Below, in pieces: positions 60,702-64,000 of a stretch of 64,000 bases of DNA. The translations under genes were made by a program, and so were the position numbers. This stretch comes from Woronichinia naegeliana WA131 (GTDB taxonomy: Bacteria > Cyanobacteriota > Cyanobacteriia > Cyanobacteriales > Microcystaceae). The stretch covers positions 4,308,272 to 4,372,271 of the forward strand of contig CP073041.1 of the NCBI GenBank assembly GCA_025370055.1, read 5' to 3'. Within the stretch, counting starts at the first letter, position 1; every line of letters begins with the position of its first letter. Under the pieces are notes generated by a model. It saw nothing but the letters and a program-made list of their open reading frames with translations, was not told the origin of the DNA and searched no databases.

Positions 60702-62186
60702 ATGACCGCCACTGCTGTTAAGACTGACTACGAAGCCGTTATTGGACTAGAAACTCACTGTCAACTCAACACTGCCAGTAAGATTTTTTGTAACTGCTCT
60801 ACCCATTTTGATAGTCCACCCAATACTAATGTCTGCCCTGTCTGTTTAGGCTATCCAGGGGTATTGCCCGTCTTAAATGAACAGGTTTTGGCGGCAGCAG
60901 TTAAGCTCGGATTAGCGATCAATGGCCAGATTGCTCCCTACAGCAAGTTTGATCGCAAGCAGTATTTTTATCCTGATCTCCCTAAAAATTATCAAATTTC
61001 CCAGTTTGATCTGCCCATCGTCGAGCATGGTTCCCTAGAGATTGAATTGGTGGATAAGAAAACCAAAGCAATCACCCGTAAAACTATCGGTATTACACGT
61101 CTGCACATGGAAGAGGATGCCGGTAAGTTAGTTCATGCTGGCAGTGACCGCCTATCGGGATCAACCCATTCCCTGGTGGATTTTAATCGTACTGGCGTTC
61201 CTTTATTGGAAATTGTCTCAGAGCCAGATTTACGATCGGGGCAAGAAGCGGCGGAATATGCCCAATCCTTACGACAATTAGTGCGTTATCTCGGTATTAG
61301 CGATGGCAATATGCAGGAAGGTTCCCTGCGCTGTGATGTCAATATTTCCGTCCGTCCCGTTGGTCAGGAACAATTCGGCGTTAAGGTTGAGATCAAAAAT
61401 ATGAACTCCTTTAGTGCGATTCAACGGGCGATTGAGTACGAAATTGAACGGCAGATTGAAGCGATTGAAAACGGCGATCGCATCTATCAAGAAACTCGTC
61501 TTTGGGAAGAAGGCAGTCAACGGACGATTAGTATGCGTTCCAAGGAAGGTTCCAGTGATTATCGCTATTTCCCGGAACCGGATTTACCGCCTCTGATGGT
61601 TTCCAATGCTCAAAAGTTGGACTGGCAAGCGGAATTACCTGAACTCCCCGCCGTTAAACGATCGCGCTATGAACAAGAGTTTGGACTATCTGCCTACGAT
61701 GCTAGGGTGATTACCGAGGATCGGGAAGTGGCCGAATATTTTGAAACGGCAGTAAAAACGGGAGGCAATCCCAAATTAGTGGCCAATTGGGTCACTCAGG
61801 ATTTGGCGGCCTATTTGAATAATGCCAAATTGACGATTACGGAAATTCCTTTTAAACCTGAAGCCCTGGCTGAATTGGTGCAATTGATTGATCAGGGAAC
61901 TATTAGCGGCAAAATTGCTAAGGAAATCCTACCTGAACTTTTAGAAAAAGGTGGTTCTCCCCAAAAAATTATTGAATCCAAGGGTATGACCCAACTTTCT
62001 GATCCCCAGGAATTAGCCAAAGTCATTGAGGAAATTCTGGCGGCTAATCCCAAGGAAGTCGAAAAATTCCGCAGTGGTAAGGGCAATATGAAAGGCTTCT
62101 TTGTCGGTCAAGTGATGAAGAAAACGGGGGGACGGGCTGATCCCAAATTAACGAATCAATTGATTGATGAAAAATTGCAGGCTTGA
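60702..62186 (+). CDS. gatB: Asp-tRNA(Asn)/Glu-tRNA(Gln) amidotransferase subunit B
   Basis: N-terminus EAVIGLETHCQLNT.SKIFC.C and GatB/YqeY C-terminal domain; 494 aa. Confidence 0.95.
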   Translation: MTATAVKTDYEAVIGLETHCQLNTASKIFCNCSTHFDSPPNTNVCPVCLGYPGVLPVLNEQVLAAAVKLGLAINGQIAPYSKFDRKQYFYPDLPKNYQISQFDLPIVEHGSLEIELVDKKTKAITRKTIGITRLHMEEDAGKLVHAGSDRLSGSTHSLVDFNRTGVPLLEIVSEPDLRSGQEAAEYAQSLRQLVRYLGISDGNMQEGSLRCDVNISVRPVGQEQFGVKVEIKNMNSFSAIQRAIEYEIERQIEAIENGDRIYQETRLWEEGSQRTISMRSKEGSSDYRYFPEPDLPPLMVSNAQKLDWQAELPELPAVKRSRYEQEFGLSAYDARVITEDREVAEYFETAVKTGGNPKLVANWVTQDLAAYLNNAKLTITEIPFKPEALAELVQLIDQGTISGKIAKEILPELLEKGGSPQKIIESKGMTQLSDPQELAKVIEEILAANPKEVEKFRSGKGNMKGFFVGQVMKKTGGRADPKLTNQLIDEKLQA

Positions 62187-62584
62187 AATAGTTTGCGAGC
62201 CAGGAAACTGCCTAATTCTAAACCAATTACTCCAAAAATTAGGCTTCCTAGGCTATAAAATAAGCCCATTCCCCAATTGCCAGAGCGGAGAAAAAGATCA
62301 TTATCTAGGGTGTAGGTGGAAAAAGTAGTATAGGAACCTAAAAAACCCACGGCCAGAAATAGGCGTAGATCGGGAGAAATTAAGGCGCGTTCTAGGGCTA
62401 AGGTGATAATAAAACCCATCAAAAAAGAACCGCTAAGATTGACGAACATGGTTCCATAGGGAAAATTTTCACCTAACCATTTTGCTAATCCCACTGTCAA
62501 ATAGTAGCGACATAAGGCCCCTGGTATGGCCCCCAAGGCGATCGCGATCGGGGCCCGCAAGTTAGGATCTAGAGACGCAAACAT
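62156..62584 (-). CDS. crcB: Fluoride ion channel CrcB/Fluc
   Basis: Four-TM small protein with GFLGSYTTFSTY (TFST) signature. Convergent with gatB and overlapping its 3' end. Confidence 0.8.
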   Translation of the reverse strand: MFASLDPNLRAPIAIALGAIPGALCRYYLTVGLAKWLGENFPYGTMFVNLSGSFLMGFIITLALERALISPDLRLFLAVGFLGSYTTFSTYTLDNDLFLRSGNWGMGLFYSLGSLIFGVIGLELGSFLARKLFQACNFSSIN

Positions 62585-62979
62585 AGGAAAAAATACTAAT
62601 TATCTATCTGATTTAATGTTCTCTTCATTCTAAGCCCTAGAGAGAACACAACTGCTATCATCAGTTTAATCTATTTCAGTATTTCAGCGATCGTCATTAT
62701 TTCTTTAAGGAATGACTTTATTTTGTTGCCGATAAGCTGCAATCATTTCCTGTAGAACATCTTGGACTGATTGACGACATAATTCCAGGGTTTCACCTTC
62801 TGAAATTACTTCTGGCCACTCTATCAATTGACCCATATAACCTGAGCTAATTTTAGTGTACGAAATAGTAAAAGTCAGCATAATGAGCAGTAATCTAGCT
62901 AAGATCTTCTATCTTAATGTAAATTTTTAGTGATCGCAATATTTCTTTAAACTAAACTAAGAGCGGAAATATGAAAATA

Positions 62980-63333
62980 TTATTGATGAATGATGATCGC
63001 CTGACGATTAATCTCTAAATAATAATGTTGATCAAGTTGTAAACTAAGATAGTCTAGATGTTTTAGGAATAAATTTTCTAATTCTTTATTACTGATGTTA
63101 CCTGTTGTAACTAACAAAAATTTATAGGGGATTTTGTATAAAATAAAAGATTCCAAAAAGTCCGTATCTTTAGTAATAACAATCCTTTGTTGTCGGATAG
63201 AAATTGCATTGATTTCCTGATCCGAAGTTTGATTTTGGTGAGGTAATTCCTTTGTATGAATTGCATCATAGCCTTTTTGTCTAAGTATTTGAGCTAGTTT
63301 AACAGGGAGTTGGGCATCTACTAAAAATTTCAT
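62980..63333 (-). CDS. DUF5615 (PIN-like) putative toxin
   Basis: MKFLVDAQLP..L...L...G.D. matches the DUF5615 N-terminus; 4-nt overlap with the DUF433 gene. Confidence 0.55.
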   Translation of the reverse strand: MKFLVDAQLPVKLAQILRQKGYDAIHTKELPHQNQTSDQEINAISIRQQRIVITKDTDFLESFILYKIPYKFLLVTTGNISNKELENLFLKHLDYLSLQLDQHYYLEINRQAIIIHQ

Positions 63334-63566
63334 GATGCAATTTTATAAATGTTTTTTAGTTGACTCAGTTTAGCAGCATAAAGTAAGGTAGCTCGAATAT
63401 CATCCAATTCTAAATCGTCGTAGTCTTCTAAAATTTCTTCGTTTGTCATACCTGAACTCAGCAATTCAAGAATAAATTCTACGGGATAGCGCATTTCTCT
63501 TATGCAAGGTTTTCCGTGACAAATATTGGGGTTAATGGTAATCCGTTCTAATAATGAGTCTTGCAT
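63330..63566 (-). CDS. DUF433 putative antitoxin
   Basis: ITINPNICHGKPCIREMRYPVEFILELLSSGMTNEEILEDY is the DUF433 signature. Confidence 0.6.
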   Translation of the reverse strand: MQDSLLERITINPNICHGKPCIREMRYPVEFILELLSSGMTNEEILEDYDDLELDDIRATLLYAAKLSQLKNIYKIAS

Positions 63567-63693
63567 CTTTTTTAATGTTTTTTGTGACTAAAGAATAGGA
63601 GATTAATTCACTTTCTTTTAATATAGCATTTAATACGGATAGTGGCGATCGCAATATTTCTTTAAACTAAACCAAGAGCAGCGATCGCCTTTT

Positions 63694-63993
63694 CTAACTT
63701 CGACTCTTTAACCAACGCTGAAATGAGGTTTGACTTTCTCCCGATGGCTGTCCTAGAATTAAATTTTTAAGACTAATATCTTCATCAAGCTGATGCCAAT
63801 GAATACCGCTACCATCAGCAATTAAACGATAATCATTACGCTCTAAAATGGAACCATTCAACAGACGTGGATACCAAGCCAGTGGGACGAAAATGGTTCG
63901 TCCATCGGATAAATCTACAGAAAGAGTATCGTCAGTTATGGTTACTTTCTGAATGATGGGTATGGTTAGTAATTCAATCGTTGAAGAAGTCAT
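63694..63993 (-). CDS. DUF2442-family small protein
   Basis: ITDDTLSVDLSDGRTIFVPLAWYPRLLNGSILERNDYRLIADGSGIHWHQLDEDISLKNLI is the DUF2442 signature. Confidence 0.55.
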   Translation of the reverse strand: MTSSTIELLTIPIIQKVTITDDTLSVDLSDGRTIFVPLAWYPRLLNGSILERNDYRLIADGSGIHWHQLDEDISLKNLILGQPSGESQTSFQRWLKSRS

Positions 63994-64000
63994 GCCAGCC

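Noticed and set aside
1-64000. tRNA/rRNA genes
   Set aside because: Scanning intergenic regions for T-loop (GGTTCGAATCC-like) and acceptor-stem patterns found none. The genes cannot be excluded without tRNAscan-SE or Infernal.

Overview
The window is a cyanobacterial chromosomal segment: the octamer GCGATCGC (HIP1) is scattered throughout, and the sequence contains kaiABC, several HIP1-containing tandem repeat arrays and many Uma2/DUF29/BrnT-type small genes. Core genes are leuB (partial, 1-638 -), kaiC-kaiB-[IS]-kaiA (38.4-42.9 kb, -), gcvP, the conserved lysA-cdaA-uppS operon, gatB and crcB. The rest is accessory. (i) A divergently organised RiPP-like cluster at 7.2-13.8 kb: an NHLP-type leader peptide gene plus a PhyH-family dioxygenase on the minus strand, facing a DyP-type peroxidase (apparently frameshifted), a fused E1-like/YcaO cyclodehydratase and a SagB-type dehydrogenase on the plus strand. 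It is flanked by two proteins carrying an 'AAA-like' ATPase domain, one of them the C-terminus of a 2068-aa Ser/Thr-kinase/AAA/TPR/GAF/PAS giant. I consider this the most likely undescribed system. (ii) A 4-gene plus-strand operon at 29.0-34.6 kb: a helical protein, a caspase/CHAT-like protease fused to GUN4, an SPFH/flotillin-like protein with five tandem ~72-aa modules, and a coiled-coil membrane protein. It is a candidate conflict/defence module. (iii) A 915-aa multi-TM patatin-like phospholipase. (iv) Mobile DNA: a 1602-bp Tn5/IS4-like IS carrying an identical copy of itself nested inside it, each with its own 10-bp target duplication, inserted in the 3' end of a divergent secretin-like gene; an IS1-family element with 8-bp TSD inserted into a dispersed AT-rich palindromic repeat; a UPF0236/ISKra4-like IS inserted at the last codons of kaiA, separating kaiA from kaiBC; and a decayed IS256 remnant. 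(v) A toxin-antitoxin island at 24-28 and 44-49 kb (PIN, BrnT/BrnA x2, HigB/HigA-like, RelE/ParE x3, DUF4258/DUF2283, DUF433/DUF5615), including two toxins inactivated by single nonsense codons. Its genes are separated by HIP1-containing 30-36-bp tandem repeat arrays that look CRISPR-like but are not. All calls come from reading the translated ORFs and the DNA by eye; no database searches were run.
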